Source: Epiperipatus broadwayi | Taxonomy: Eukaryota; Animalia; Onychophora | DNA length: 64,000 bases | Direction: 5' to 3' | Assembly: GCA_028023455.1 (NCBI GenBank) | Contig: JAQFVV010000008.1 | Location: forward strand, 15,686,001 to 15,750,000 | In this document: positions 1 through 13,329 of the stretch, one piece after another | Layout of the letters: every line of letters starts with the position of its first letter | Position numbering within the stretch: the stretch's first letter is position 1 | Notes under the pieces: model-generated | Told to the model about the DNA's origin: nothing | Seen by the model: the letters and a program-made list of their open reading frames with translations, nothing else | The model's database searches: none | Position numbers and translations under genes: made by a program

Positions 1-199
1 ACCTAATTTCTTATTTTAAAGATGATGATATCTTAGGGTGATGTGTAATGATTATCTTTATATGTGTGTATGATTTTATAATATTTTATGTATTATTAAG
101 CTGTTATGTTCTAAAATAGAGATAAAGAATAAATTATGCATACCTCCAAAATTGAACTAAAAAAGCCACAAAAAAAAAAAAAACTCTTCCAAAATCAGA

Positions 200-1300
200 G
201 TATGATAGAATTGAAGATTATAGACTAATCAAATTGTCAGTCCTTAGTTCTATTTGTTATCAACCCAAAAATTTTCTCTTTAAGTCACAAAGCTTGCTTA
301 GGAATAAATTATACAGGACATGCATATTTTGATTATTATAAATCTACGAGCATTAGGGTTTATATCTGATTTATATTAACATTTGTTGGAAACCATAATC
401 AAATTGTCTATATTAATAAAATACATTAAATAGAATTTGTTCATATATATGTAAAATTTGTTGTGTGCTAAAGATTATTTATTTGCAATGCATATTGTTT
501 TCTTAAATGAATCATGACTAATTATCAATAGTCATAATCCTTGAATGACTGGGCTGATGCAATGAATTACTGGTGAAAACTGAGAAAAATCTGAGTAGGA
601 GTAACAGTGCATAGGATCTATTGTTGTATAACTGAGTCTATTGAGAGAAATAGTAATAATCAGAAAAGTAAACTGAATGATTGTTCCATACCCTCAGATG
701 ATTTAATTATATAAATAAAGTATTCTGATAATGATAAAGAAATTTTTTAGGATAGTTATGATCAGTTAAGCTTGGTTAAAAAAATTTAATACAAGAAATA
801 CAAATGAAATTTTATAGAAAGATATAAACAGAAAAACTAATAGTGATAAAACTACAAATACAGAATTAGTATATTTTGTGGGAGAAAAGTTTATTGAGGT
901 TATAAACAGTTAAGTTAACTAGTAGTGCCAGAAGAGCTTATATTATATAATGAGACAGTGACTAAACTAACTCATTTGTTCTATCAAAAGATATAGCTGG
1001 ATTCTTTTTCTGCAAAACGTCAGAAAAGCATGTATAATTTATTATGATATAGTACACAGAGTCATAAATAAATGCTTGGAAATTTCTATTCAGTCAGCAA
1101 CTGTGAAAATACATAGAGATAGATTATATCAGCAATTTCTGAAAGAGAATGATGACTTGTCACACAAAGTGGCAATTAATTTTAAAAATAGTTTAAATAT
1201 GTACCGGTGTTAGCCAGTTGAGAAAATTTCAAAGTGGAAATTCACAAAAAAATCCTCATGCAGTCATACATAAAATGTTGAAATAAATCTTATCTACTGC
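200..1300 (+). pseudogene. Highly decayed non-LTR retrotransposon (CR1/Jockey-like) RT remnant
   Basis: Only scattered RT-like translation fragments (DYRLI near 215-230; L..LGF..DL..TFVGNHNQIV near 340-410) with many stops; boundaries approximate. Confidence 0.3.
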
Positions 1301-1342
1301 AACAGAAGAAGAAATAATAACTGGAAGTTAAAATGTCTTTGT

Positions 1343-1959
1343 TGCTGCCATGTTCATGGGGAGACAATTTCAGCTGTGTAAGTGAAAATGATTAATACAT
1401 CATAATTTGAATATATATATCAGCAAGTTTATTTCTGTTTGCTAAGGTGTTAACTTAACAATATAACAAGTACAATAAAATTATATTACTGATAATAATT
1501 TATCTTGTTTACTTTTGGAAATTGCTATGGAATATATTTAGTGTATGAAAATATCTTATTTCACATACTGCCAATAGTTACATAGTTCATTAATCTACAA
1601 ATGGTTTGGTTACTCACCTAATTAAAGCCCATGCAAACTTCTTTCCATTTGAACTTTAATAATAAGTAAATGACTAAAACTAACTTTATTGAGCATTATC
1701 TTTGCTCCCTTTTGAGAATGCATTGTTTTACTTTTGGCAGTCATAACAGTGACCAATTGCTGCATGCTAAGAATCTCGTCTTTTTATTAACTAAACTAAT
1801 TTATATAATTTACTTTATAAGTTTTTTTATATAATACATTTTTTTCTAGAGTAATCATTTTGGAGAGGGGGGAGAATAAAAGTGCTGTCAGTACAATATA
1901 CATGATTTAATTAAAACTTTATTTACATACAAATTTTAAATATTTGTAACGTCAGTACA
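1343..1959 (-). repeat. 3' LTR of the Gypsy element at 1343-6493
   Basis: Colinear with 5921-6493 (shared GGGAGACAAT, ACAAGTACAATAAAATTATATTACTGA, GAACTTTAATA, terminal GTCAGTACA); visibly diverged, so an old insertion. Confidence 0.88.
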
Positions 1960-1974
1960 TCTGCCCCTCACTCT
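1960..1974 (-). promoter_or_regulatory. Polypurine tract (PPT)
   Basis: Minus strand AGAGTGAGGGGCAGA directly abuts TGTACTGAC of the 3' LTR. Confidence 0.8.
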
Positions 1975-2262
1975 AGAAAATAATCTCTATATCTGGCAGG
2001 CTATTTCCAATTTCTCTGACTTCGAGAAGTAAAAGTATTTCTATTCCTATAAAGATCAGTGTTTACATTAGTTAATCCTTCAGATGTAGATAACTGTTCA
2101 AATTTACTCAGGTCAACAAAATCTTGATCCACATTAATTTCATTGCTCATATTTCATTCAATAGGTGATACATTATCCTGCTCAAAAGAGAGAAAATTTT
2201 CAAATTCATTATTTGTCAAAAATTCTGATTGAGGATTGGCTGCTACAGGTCTTTTATTTATC

Positions 2263-2375
2263 GCAATTGATATGTCAGAGAATCACTAAGTAAATAACTT
2301 ATATGTCTTCTGACAAGCAATTGATATGTCAGAGAATCACTAAGTAAATAAGTTATATGTCTTCTGACAAGCAAT
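2263..2375. repeat. 54-bp tandem duplication inside the Gypsy element
   Basis: 2263-2316 and 2317-2370 differ at one base (AACTTAT/AAGTTAT), followed by GCAAT. Confidence 0.95.
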
Positions 2376-2661
2376 CCACTTTAGAGTTTAATTACTCATT
2401 AGACTTCAGATACTTTGTCAACTATAGTGCCAGGTATCTATTTCTTTTTTAATATGACTCAAACCCATACAGCTTCGCCAACTCTAAATTTCATGAAGTT
2501 TGCATTATACATATCTTCACTCAAAGTACTTTTTTCTGATTTCTTTTTTGCAAGTAAAAGTTTAAATAAATAAGTATAACATTTTCTACCAAACAGCAAC
2601 TCTGTAGTTGTTTTATGGTTTATCACACTAGGGTTAAAAAGCTGGAAGAACATGGTTTCTA

Positions 2662-2874
2662 TCAGTGTTTCTTCCATATTTGTATTACTTTTCTCAAGGC
2701 AGATTTCAAACCTTGAACTGCCTTTTCCACAAGTCCGTTAGAGACAGAGTAATAAGCAGGAATAAGAACATGGCAAATGCTTTTATCTGTTAAGTAGTTT
2801 TCAAAATCTGCTGAAGTAAACCCTGTTCCATTATCGGCTACCAGAATCTCAGGATATCCATGAATGACAAACAC
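2662..2874 (-). pseudogene. Gypsy integrase core fragment
   Basis: FVIHGYPEILVADNGTGFTSADFENYL...HVLIPAYYSVSNGLVEKAVQGLK matches the rve DDE core. Confidence 0.9.
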
Positions 2875-4225
2875 TTCCTGCAGGGCTTTTATGGTTCATT
2901 TAGTCCTTGTAGTTTTCACAAGCTTATAATCAGCCCATCTGTTGTACAAATCTATGATTAATAATATTAAATGTCCATTCAAAAACTCTGCATAATCTAT
3001 ATGGACATGCTCCCGTGGTTTTTTGGCCTCTATCTATGGTTTATAAATTTTTTTTGACAAATCAGTCACAGATTGGCAATTGTGGCAGATTTTTACCATT
3101 TGTTCAATTTCGCTATTTATTTTAAGACGCCGCACATATGAATGTGTGAGCATCTTCATCTGCACAACTCCTGAATGTCCTTTATGTGACAACTTTAGCA
3201 CTTGTTTTCATCCTTCTGCTAGTATGAGTACTCGATCAATCAACAGGATACAATCATTATAGATTGACAAACTCTGATGAGCATTCCAAATCGCTATAGC
3301 AATGAAACTTAGTTGACTTTTTGATCATCCTTCTTGGATCCAATTCTTTAGCTTACTGTATCCAGGATCTCTATTTGTTCATTCAGTGATTTTAAAACTT
3401 TAGATTCTGTATAATATTTACTGCATCCAATATGTTAACTTCGGTAAAATTTTCACTGAATTCTGTCTCTCACAAGTAGTCATGATAATGCATTGGCATG
3501 TGTAATCTCTTTTCCCAGATGGTAAACTAATTCATAGTTAATCCGGCTAAAAAAATCTCTGGCTTGCATATTTAGGTGTTTTTTTTATCCTTTCCAAAAT
3601 TCTAAGTAAAGGATGATGATCTGTTTATATTGTAAAATTATGTCCACATATGTATTGATGGAATTTCTTTATTGCAAATACTATAGCCAGGGCTTCCTTA
3701 TCTAATTGACTATAAATTTTTTTCAGTCAATGATAACATTCTGAAGGACTTCATCTTCACCATACCAATATGAGATGACAACTCCAAAATCCAAATCATC
3801 TGTAATAATCACAACTTCCAGATCACTCCTGTAATGCACCAAGAGTTTTTTTCTTGGCTTTCTGGAATGCAATTTTTTACTCTTTATCTCCCAGTATTTT
3901 TCCTTACATAATAACTTAATAACTCATATAACAGTATTAATACATATGATTTACCTTGAAAAAAACTTTAATAGAAATTTAACAGTTCCAGAAAAGCTTA
4001 TAAATCTTTTACATTCTTAGGGGTTACAGCTTCTTTTACAGCACCACATTCTCAGATTTGGGGTATTTTCCATTTTTATTTATCACATGTCCCAAAAATT
4101 TGATTTCCGTAGTTGCCCAAATGCACTTGGCAACATTTAATCTAGTTCTCACTTTATTTAGCCTTGAGCACACTTCCATTACTCCTTTTTCCAGCTCTTC
4201 CTCCAACTGAGCAGTAATAAGTGCA

Positions 4226-4555
4226 TCATCTAAGTAAGGAATAACTCATCTTCACTTGAAAAATGTTTGGGGTTACTGTTATCCCATAAGGCAATTTATT
4301 GTATTTAAATAACCATAACAATTCTGCATTTTTTTCTGTGACTGGTGCAACACGAACTTTAAATCCATCTATAAAAAATGAAACTTTCTGTAAAGAATAT
4401 AACATTTTGTATACACTTTGCACGGGATAAGCACTCTTATTTATATATTTAATTACAATAACTCGATAACTTCCGCAGAAACGAATAGTCCCATCCAGTT
4501 TAACAATCATGACCACAGGAGTAGCCCATGACGAGTCTTCTATAAATGATAGCAC
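4226..4555 (-). pseudogene. Gypsy reverse transcriptase fragment
   Basis: SSWATPVV..KLDGTIRFCGSYR and YNKLPYGITVTPNIFQ are Ty3/Gypsy RT motifs. Confidence 0.9.
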
Positions 4556-5903
4556 ACATTTTTTACTATATCTCCTATTGTCTCCTTAACCTTTGACTTC
4601 AGAGTGTAGAGAACTTTCCATGCTTTACACACTGTAGATTGCAACCCTTTAGCTCATTCTACTTCTATTGGTCATTAGTTAAGCTATTTCTTGTTTAAAT
4701 AGCTAAGAAAACTTTGCTCTAATTCTGGTCTTAGTTTAACATTCTTAATTATTTAAGATAGATTTCTAATGGGTAAAACAAATTTTGACCTAGCAGCACA
4801 CTAATGTCTCTCTTTGTAATAAACAGTGATAAAAGTTTTAATTTTTGATTTATTTTCACTGGAACAGAAACTTTTCCACATATTTGTATTCTGTTTTCAT
4901 TTGCAACTAGGGCAACCACATTTGTCTTATCCAATTTCATTCTCTACTTGCATTTAACATTAATTTTATTACATTCCTTCAGAGATAGAATTGATAATCC
5001 GGCACCACTGTCAACCTCAATATTGATTTTAATCTCACAAACAGTTACATCCAAAGTACAAGCTCCACCTCCCCTGATTTCAGATCTAAGTATGGCCTGT
5101 TTTTTTCATTTTTTCTGCAAACACAAGCTAAGTTTCATTTAACCTCACAAATTTGGCATTTTTCTAATTTGAATTTGCACACCCTTTTTGTGTGCCCTAC
5201 AATTATGCAACAACATGTTAATTCATTTCTTATGAATTTTTTAGGTGATTTACCCATCTTAGTTCTGTATACACTTGTGGTATTTTTAATTCATTTGCTA
5301 CCATTTGATATTTGGATGCATTATCTGTTGTTAGCTCATGCACTATAAATTTTGCGATGGCCATTCTGTATGTTATATCCACTTCACTTAATAGTTTTCC
5401 TAAAATTGTGGCCCAATATCCTATATAGTAGTTGATCCAGGAGTATGGCTTCTAAATCCGTCGTAAATTTACAATGTCTGACCAATGTATGCAATGCCAG
5501 ATTGGAATCTTGATAACTCTCTCAAGATAACTGTTATCTCATTTGAAAATGCAAACGAACTATCCTCTTCATTACCGTTGGCTGAAACTATGTAGTATGA
5601 TTTTCTATTCATTCACTGTATGGTACATCTTTTGGAGTCTTGAGATCACATAGTTGCTTAGCAATTTATAGAACATTGCTATCATCAAAAAACAATAGTG
5701 TTGAAACTTTAAGCTTATCTTCAATTTTACTGATCCTCATATAAAAATCTATGTGCTCAATATATATATTCTACACTGAGAAATTGCTAAAATCAAATTC
5801 AAAAAAGTTATGGATGGAAACTGCTATTTTTCTTCTTCACTTTTTCCACACCAACATACAATTCTTCTTCTTTAACCTAATACTCTATGCAAGTTCTTAA
5901 AAA

Positions 5904-5918
5904 CTACCACCTGCACCA
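5904..5918 (-). promoter_or_regulatory. Primer-binding site, eroded tRNA-Ser-like
   Basis: Minus strand TGGTGCAGGTGGTAG, 2 nt after the LTR CA; 3 mismatches (2 at CpG) to TGGCGCAGTCGGTAG, the complement of the insect-type tRNA-Ser 3' end. Confidence 0.65.
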
Positions 5919-5920
5919 TC

Positions 5921-6493
5921 TGCTGTGTCCACAGGGAGACAATCTCTGCTATGTGGTCAAAAACTTGAATACATATATTAGTAAGTTTATTTCTGTTTAC
6001 TGAGGCATTAATTTAACAACATAACAAGTACAATAAAATTATATTACTGACAATAATTGATCCAGTTTACTTTTGGAAATTGCTATGAAATATATTTAAT
6101 GTGTGAAAATATTTTATTTCATACACTGCCGATAATTATACAGTTCATTAATCTCCAAATGATTTGTTTACTTATCTAATTAAAGTCCATCTGAACTTCT
6201 TTCCATTTGAACTTTAATAGTAATTTACTAAAATTAAATTCATTGAGCATTATCTTTCCTCCCTTTCAAGAATGCATTGTTTTACTTTTGATAGCTGTTG
6301 TCTCCTCTTGACAGTGACTGACTACTCTCGACTGCTACATGCTAAGAGTCTCAGACTCTTTTTATTAGTTATGCTAATTTACATAATTTATTTTAAAAGT
6401 TCTTTTTATAACACTTTTTTCCCTAGAGTAATTATTCTTGGGAGAGGGGGCTTTATTTACACACAAATTTAAAATATTTGTACCGTCAGTACA
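5921..6493 (-). repeat. 5' LTR of the Gypsy element at 1343-6493
   Basis: Partner of 1343-1959; starts TG at 5921 and ends TCAGTACA at 6493. Confidence 0.88.
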
Positions 6494-6659
6494 GCTGCAA
6501 AAAATTAAGTCTTATAGATCACATGTAAATAAATCAATAGATGGTGTAACAAAAAGATTACATGTTGAATGTATGCAGGAAAATCAGCTAAGAAAGATAA
6601 AAGTTTAAAAAAAATAAACATGCAGAGAAAAAAAAATCAGATAAACATTATACATAGTG

Positions 6660-9150
6660 AAATAAGTGAATGCCTGATTAATAAGACATTGACGGAAGTA
6701 AATAGTGGTTCTAATGTATCAATTATGACAAAAAAATGAATGGGAATAAACCTGATTGCTAAATATATTCATATGCCATATTTATAAGACAACAAAATTA
6801 AAAACAGAAGACACAAATTAGAATGAAATTCAAATTCCTATTAAGTGTTACTGAAATTTCTATTAAAAAATAAAAATTTACCAATAACATGCTTCTTTTC
6901 AAAATGATACCAAAAATTCTTCTTTCACATCTTCTTTTAAAATATTATTATAAATCATAGAATTAATTATTAAAAAAAATTCTACTCAACATTTCAATTA
7001 TATCTACAGTTTTTATCAAGGGTTACATATCATCATTAAATATCTTAACTTTTTTAATGTTACATTAAGAATATATTTTCTTTATTTTTCCAGCTGATAT
7101 ATATATATTTGACCAACTAAAATATATTTTTCTTATTTTTAGCCCTTTTACTCCAAAATAAAAAATATGAAAAGGGATAGACAAATAAGAAAAATATTCT
7201 TATTATAGCATTAAAATATCACAATCCCAAATTAATGTATGGAAAGGGTTACTATTGCTTTAATGTAGCACTAAGTAAGTAAAGGTGAGATCTAATAAAA
7301 TGAAACCCTTGATTAAGATCATAAAATATGGTTGAAATATAAGTCAGAATTTTTTTGTATGTGAAAAGTTATGATTAATACAAACTTACGTTAGTTGATG
7401 ACTGGTTTGCATATAGCCCACTGAGATTTTTCAGTACTTCTTAATATAACATTTACTGCCAGTTAAGTTTAACAACAAAGAAGCAAAGATCTAGTTATAT
7501 ATTGTAAGAATAATACTATATCTATATCAGACAAAGAGTGGTCTAAGGCATGAAAAATAAAATTTCGTGTAATTAAAAATATCAATTTGGAAACTAGGTT
7601 TGCCAAACTATTTAAATCTGAACTAGGTGGAATTAATATGATTCCATAAAAATTATGATAACAGCAGAACTAAAGCAGTCCCATACAAATCTAGGAAGAT
7701 TCCAGTCACATAAATGGTGAAAGTAGAGGAAATCCTACTAGTAATGGACAAAAATGAAATTACAACTGACAAAAATCTGAATAAACTATGCCCACTATAA
7801 TGACTGTTAAGCTAAAGAGAAATATACGCATCCTAATTGTAAGAGTAGTTTTGGTATTATTCCAAACATATTCACATTTTATAGAGTAAAATTTAAAAGC
7901 AGCATTTCATCAGATTCCAGTTGATAAGAAATTGTCAATGGTTACTACTCCCATATTTCAACTAATGACACATTGCAAAGCAATCATTTACTATTTGGAC
8001 TAACTATAACTCCTAACATGTTATTGCGCTGGTATAAGTAGAGAGGGAGCAATTCTCTATTTGTATGATTTTTTACTTCTTGAAAACTCTGAAATTAGTT
8101 TGAAAGTAAAGATAATAAAAGTTTGGAATGATACTGATCCCAGAAAATTATACATGAAATGTCAAAGAAATATTTTAAAAGACATATTATTTCAGGAATT
8201 GTCTTAAACATGTAGACATATTGTCCAAAATATCAGATAAAACAGAGACATATCTAATTGCAGAATGGATCAAAAATAATAAAGATACCAGGTGTGAATA
8301 AACTGAATTAGCAAAAGATGGACATTGTGTCATTCTAATTAATTCCTTTTTACATTTTGGAATATTGGTGAGCAATTTTTGGTTTCTAAAAACTTGACAA
8401 TTACGGGAGAAGACACTTCAAAGAAAAAATATATTCTGGAATTGATACAATAAAGACACCATTAAGTAGTTAGAGCTAATGCTCCATATTTGAATGCAAA
8501 AATACAAAGATATATAAAGCAGTGTGAGCTATGCTGAAATACTTCTAATTACTAGGAAAAAAAATTATGCCAAGGCCAAAGATGATTAGATAAGGAAAAA
8601 ATTGCATGTAGTTTATATTGATTTATTCAATAGAAATATCAAACTATAAAAAAACTATGATTTCTGAGAAAAAAGGTAGCAAAACAAAGAAAATTTTTGT
8701 TATCTAAGTCTACCAGAAATCTTGGTTTCTGGTACAAAATTGGATCCACATTCAGTAGTTTTGAAAAGTATTGAGATTGTATTAAAATTAATGTACAGAC
8801 ATTGTAACAAATTAAAACAAATGTTTTAAAAAAATCACTAAAAGTTATTAGTCAAGAAGTCATCACAGGGTATCTGTATCAATATTCATTCCAACAATGG
8901 CATGAAAAAATGTTTTATGGAATTGTTAATAAGTATGAAGTTAAGGTCCAAATTGTTCCTACCATTTCTTAATAAAAGGTCCTCAGAAAAATATAAAGAT
9001 CTGAATACATTCAAGATGGGTGATGCTTGGTTTAGAGATGCTTGAACAAAAGTGGATTAAGGAAATTCTAAATGCACAACTACCAGAGCAAACCTTGGTG
9101 TTTGCAAATGAAAATTCAGAATACCTATAAATTCACCTAATTCTCATAAA
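6660..9150 (+). pseudogene. Fragmented Gypsy pol remnant (protease, RT, integrase)
   Basis: EVNSGSNVSI protease-like motif (~6690-6725); FAKLFKSELGGIN RT N-terminus (~7600-7640); GIDTIKT...AKIQRYIKQCELC integrase zinc-binding motif (~8440-8535); many stops and frameshifts; no LTRs seen. Confidence 0.65.
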
Positions 9151-9799
9151 AAGGTAAGAATTAACATCATAATAAAGGAAAAAATAACTACTTAAGTAAA
9201 TTAGACTGAACCAGACTCACTCAGTGCCCATGAAATTGTTATAGCAGAATAAAAAATGAAGATAAAAAAAATAAAAGTAAACAACAAATCCTTAAAATAT
9301 CAATTCATATGGAATGAAGTAAAAAGATTCCAAGATAGCTACAAGATAAATATGCAGAGATTAAAAATTTAACTTTTCTAGGGCAGATAAAGTTGTGAAA
9401 TTTATATAGCAGATATGTATATAAAAACAGGATTTTAGTTTCAAAAATATCAACATTAGATAACTCATTTGAAGAGGACATAAATGATTTACATGTTTTC
9501 TTATTTCTTTTCCATTTTCTAATTTTACCGGTCATAGTTGCCTTGATAAAGTTCACAATATCATTCCTGACATCCATTTCTTTTTTATAATATCGCTTAT
9601 CCACACACTCTTTCCAATTAAAAATTTTTCACAATCGAAACTGTTTTTAAATTTTTCAGTTGTAGTTCGCAACAACATAGTAAGGCGAGTCTGAAAATGT
9701 TGGTGCATTAATAACTTAATTCCCATATCTTATTAATTGCTGTAAACAGAGTAAAGTATTAAAATACAATGTCAACCATCCTTATAACAAGTTTTGTTC

Positions 9800-12000
9800 A
9801 ACATAAGCTTCAAATGATGAACTGTTTTCTCAGCTATGCCATTATACTCAGAATGATAAAATGGAGTAAGAATGTATCATATCTTTTATCATCTAAATAA
9901 TCCAAAAATTGTTGAGGCAAAACCAGTTCCACAATCAGTTACAATAATCTCTGGATAACCATGTATAGCAAAAATTTCTCTAAGCACTTTAATTGTACAT
10001 TCTGCAGTCGTATTTTATACTATCTTATATTCAGTCCAAGAGAAAATGTATCAACAACTATCAAAAATATATATCCATGCAGGGATCCTGCCTGATGGCC
10101 ATGCTTGAAGTTTTTTAGATAACAATTTAGCTGTTGACTAACAACTTGTACAGTTAAAACAAGCAAAACTCATTATATGTATTGCCACACACAGCAAGCT
10201 AGAGTAATCAATGGATGCCAGAAGGCTTGTGCATAAAATCCCTATCTAGTGCCTACTCATCCAATATCCCCAGACTAATTTCTGACTTATGGCCTTTGTC
10301 AGTGAGGAGCCTTGGATCTGAGAGCACTGCATCTAGATCTTAGAATCTAATGACGAAGGCCATAAGCCAGAAACTAGTCTGGAGATATTGGATGAATAGG
10401 CACTAGATGGGGATTTTATGCACAAGCCTTCTGGCATCCATTGATTACTCTTGCTTGCTATGGGTGGCAATACATATAGGGAGTTTTAGCTGTTTTAACA
10501 ACAGTTATAAGCAAGCATAAGAAATGTGATCATGTGATGTTTATTAACGAGCAGTTCTTTACTATTTGTTCTTTTATCACTCAGATTTGAACACCAGATA
10601 TATGATCTAGTTAAAACTTTCATATGCATGAATCTGGAATAACCTTGATGAAATAAATTAAGTACATAGTCCAGGTCTTGTGGATACAAGTATGCAGTCG
10701 GTCATTAATGTACAACTGTCGCAAGGTGATAAGCTATGTTGTATGTTCCAAATGAGCTTTACAACTTCAAAGGGTCACCTTTCTGCCAGCCATATTTTAT
10801 TAATTTCTGTATCTTAACATAACCTTGGTCTTGTTTAGTTTACTTAGGGATTACCGAATTATTATGTGAAGCAGAGTTCAAATATTGTCTTTCTTTAACA
10901 TCAAGTAGACATAATAAAGCCTTTCTGTTTCCAATCTGATTTGGTGTCTTATATACTATTTCATAAAAATATCCTGATAATATATTTATTCATGTGTTCA
11001 GATAGTTTTTTTTTCCAATACCAAATATTTCTAGAAGGGATAGATGATCTATTCGGATTTTAAAATTTCCTCTATACATATACTGATGACATTTCTATAT
11101 GGTGAAAATAACCACTAAAGCTTCTTTATTGATCTGACTGTAGTTTTTCCAGCTGCTGATAATGTTCTCAAAGTGTAGGCTATAGGACATTTGCCTCCAT
11201 AGCACAATGCAATATAAAAGCTCCTACTCCATATTCTAATGCATTCATAGTAATAATAATATCCAAACCACTATGGTAATGTCTTGGGAGTTGATTTGAA
11301 GTCAAGATATCCTTAGTTTTCAGTAAGTAAAACCTTGTTCCTTATTTTCCAACACTGTTCCTTTTTTAACAACTAATAAAACATTGCTAACAAATGAGAC
11401 TTTTCTTTAAGGAAGCTCTTGTAAAAGTTTAATAGTTCTAAAAATGCTTGTAACTCCTTTACATTTCTTGGTCTCATAGCTTTTTTGTAACCTTCACCTT
11501 GTCTGAATATTTTATTCTATTAGGGTCTTATGAGTATTTGTTTCTGTAATGAGGGAGATTTTATCCAGCTGTTATGATAATGAAAATTCTGCAGCATTGT
11601 CAAGCATGATTTCTTACATGAAATATTTCTCTACAACATGTTCATAGTTGAGGTCAGGTTCATTCAAAATTATTTTTTTGAAATTTGAATCCAATATGAC
11701 ATAAAGAAGTTGGCCTAACAATATATTAATTTCCAAACCGAAATCACAATCCTTTGCCAATTTTCTCAATGCAATATCATAAACTACATATTTTTGGGAG
11801 GTATTTGTTTTATATTTCTGAGCTTTAATGTTGTTACCTATTTTGTTATTTTCAAAGTGAAATATCTGTTTAATTTTTCAGTCAATTCATGATACAGAAG
11901 TTCCTCAGGTGTTTTAGGGTTACACAATTTATTTGCCAGTTATATGACATCTTATCCTGCAAACCATAAAAGCTTAGTCACTTTCAATTGTTCCTCATCT
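9800..12000 (-). pseudogene. Gypsy (Mag-like) gag-pol remnant, interrupted by the hammerhead-bearing repeat
   Basis: gag-like PKTPEELLYHELTEKL (~11870-11925); RNase H PIAY..RTLS..KNYSQINKEAL (~11120-11190); integrase ZBD VLNLFHQGYSRFMHMKVLTRSYIW (10540-10689); integrase core IVVDTFS.W.EYKIV and FAIHGYPEIIVTD (~9930-10070). Confidence 0.8.
10153..10540. mobile_element. Palindromic (head-to-head) copy of the ~450-bp hammerhead-bearing repeat family
   Basis: 10153-10300 is the reverse complement of ~10351-10505; same family as 16096-16618 and 59615-60262; two degenerate hammerhead cores in opposite orientation (10267-10308 minus, 10351-10386 plus). Confidence 0.9.
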
Positions 12001-13329
12001 ATTTTTTTTATGAGCATGTAGTGTTTTGTATGTTCTACGTGATTTTTTCATGAAGCTGCATTCTCCATGTCAAATTCTTTTATATTATTACATAATGACA
12101 TCATTATTCTTGTTTTGGAGATAATAGTATTATATGCAATCGCTATTATTCTCATGACCACTACACTACTATTGTCTGCACAGATTCTTTTAGAACTGCT
12201 AAAGGCATCCATTCTGCTATGATCCAAGACTACTAATTCGATAACAGTCACAAGAGCATCAAAAACTTTAAATAAATTAATATGTTTAGTAACAAAATAA
12301 TTTGGAATTCCATAAAATATAAATATAGTCTATTACTAATCCTTTAGTTGTATGTTTCACTTCTCACAGCCATATGATAATATTATAAGGAACATTATAT
12401 GTAAGTGTTTTACACATATGATTGTTTTTGTTATATATGTGTATGCTTTCTGGAACAATTACACTTCTGGAATTCAGTCAAACCATCTTACTAGTTTTCT
12501 CTCTACATCTATTCGAACTAAAGACTGCACCAAATTTGCTATGTCTTAGCTCTATAATCCAGAGTATGAATAACAAATTATTTTAGAAATTAATTTTCTT
12601 TAGAACACAAAGGAAATAAAAACTCACAGTAGCTCAATTTCTTCATACACTTTAATACAAGTTACAATATATAAAAATAATAGGATATATAAATATACAA
12701 AGATATAATATTCATAAGAGTTCACACTCTTCTCAATTACATAAGTCCCTGCTTCACTGCTTTGGAAGGCAATACATTACCTTTGTCATAATTAAAGTCT
12801 TTTAATTCTGCAAGTCCTTAAGACATTTTAAAATCATAACAAGATCAGAGTGATCTGTTTTAATGCTAGTTGACTTGGGTACCTTCAGGAATCAAGATCT
12901 TGGGTAATAAGACATTCCTCACTGGTTTCTTCCATTGCTTCTCCCCAGTGGGAATCCCAGTTGCCCGAACAATGATGATGGAAGAAAATAGCACTCCTTT
13001 TTCTGTTCCAGTCTTTTTATACTTTTTTGCTCTTTTATTTTCTGGAATAATAATATAGTTCATGAGGATTCAGGTGGAGAGTTTTATCAGCTCAATTTTT
13101 ACTGTAATTTTAATTAGTAGTTAACTGATATAAATTGAAATTTCTCCATTATCAGATTTTACTTTTTTCTTCCCATAGTTCCTCTTACAATATTTTGATT
13201 AAACGTTTAAATTTCTCTATTACTTTATTTCTTTTTAATATTATTTTTATCTCTTCACATAACTTTAATATACATACACATTTCATAAGGAATAAATGTA
13301 ATATACCTTTTTTTTTTTTCTAAATATAG

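Larger units (their letters stand above)
1343..6493 (-). mobile_element. Complete but decayed Ty3/Gypsy (Mag-like) LTR retrotransposon
   Basis: Paired LTRs 1343-1959 and 5921-6493 with TG...CA ends; PBS inside the right LTR and PPT inside the left LTR; minus-strand remnants in Gypsy order: zinc knuckle (~5170-5230), protease C-terminus (4749-4940), RT (SSWATPVV..KLDGTIRFCGSYR, 4226-4555), integrase (HGYPEILVADNGTGF, 2662-2874). No TSD found. Confidence 0.9.

Noticed and set aside
9305-9604. 99-aa minus-strand ORF
   Set aside because: No recognisable motif or splice context; low-complexity AT-rich translation.
12866-13063. Overlapping ORFs in a GC-richer patch
   Set aside because: No frame gave a recognisable domain or a link to the PARP-like exons.
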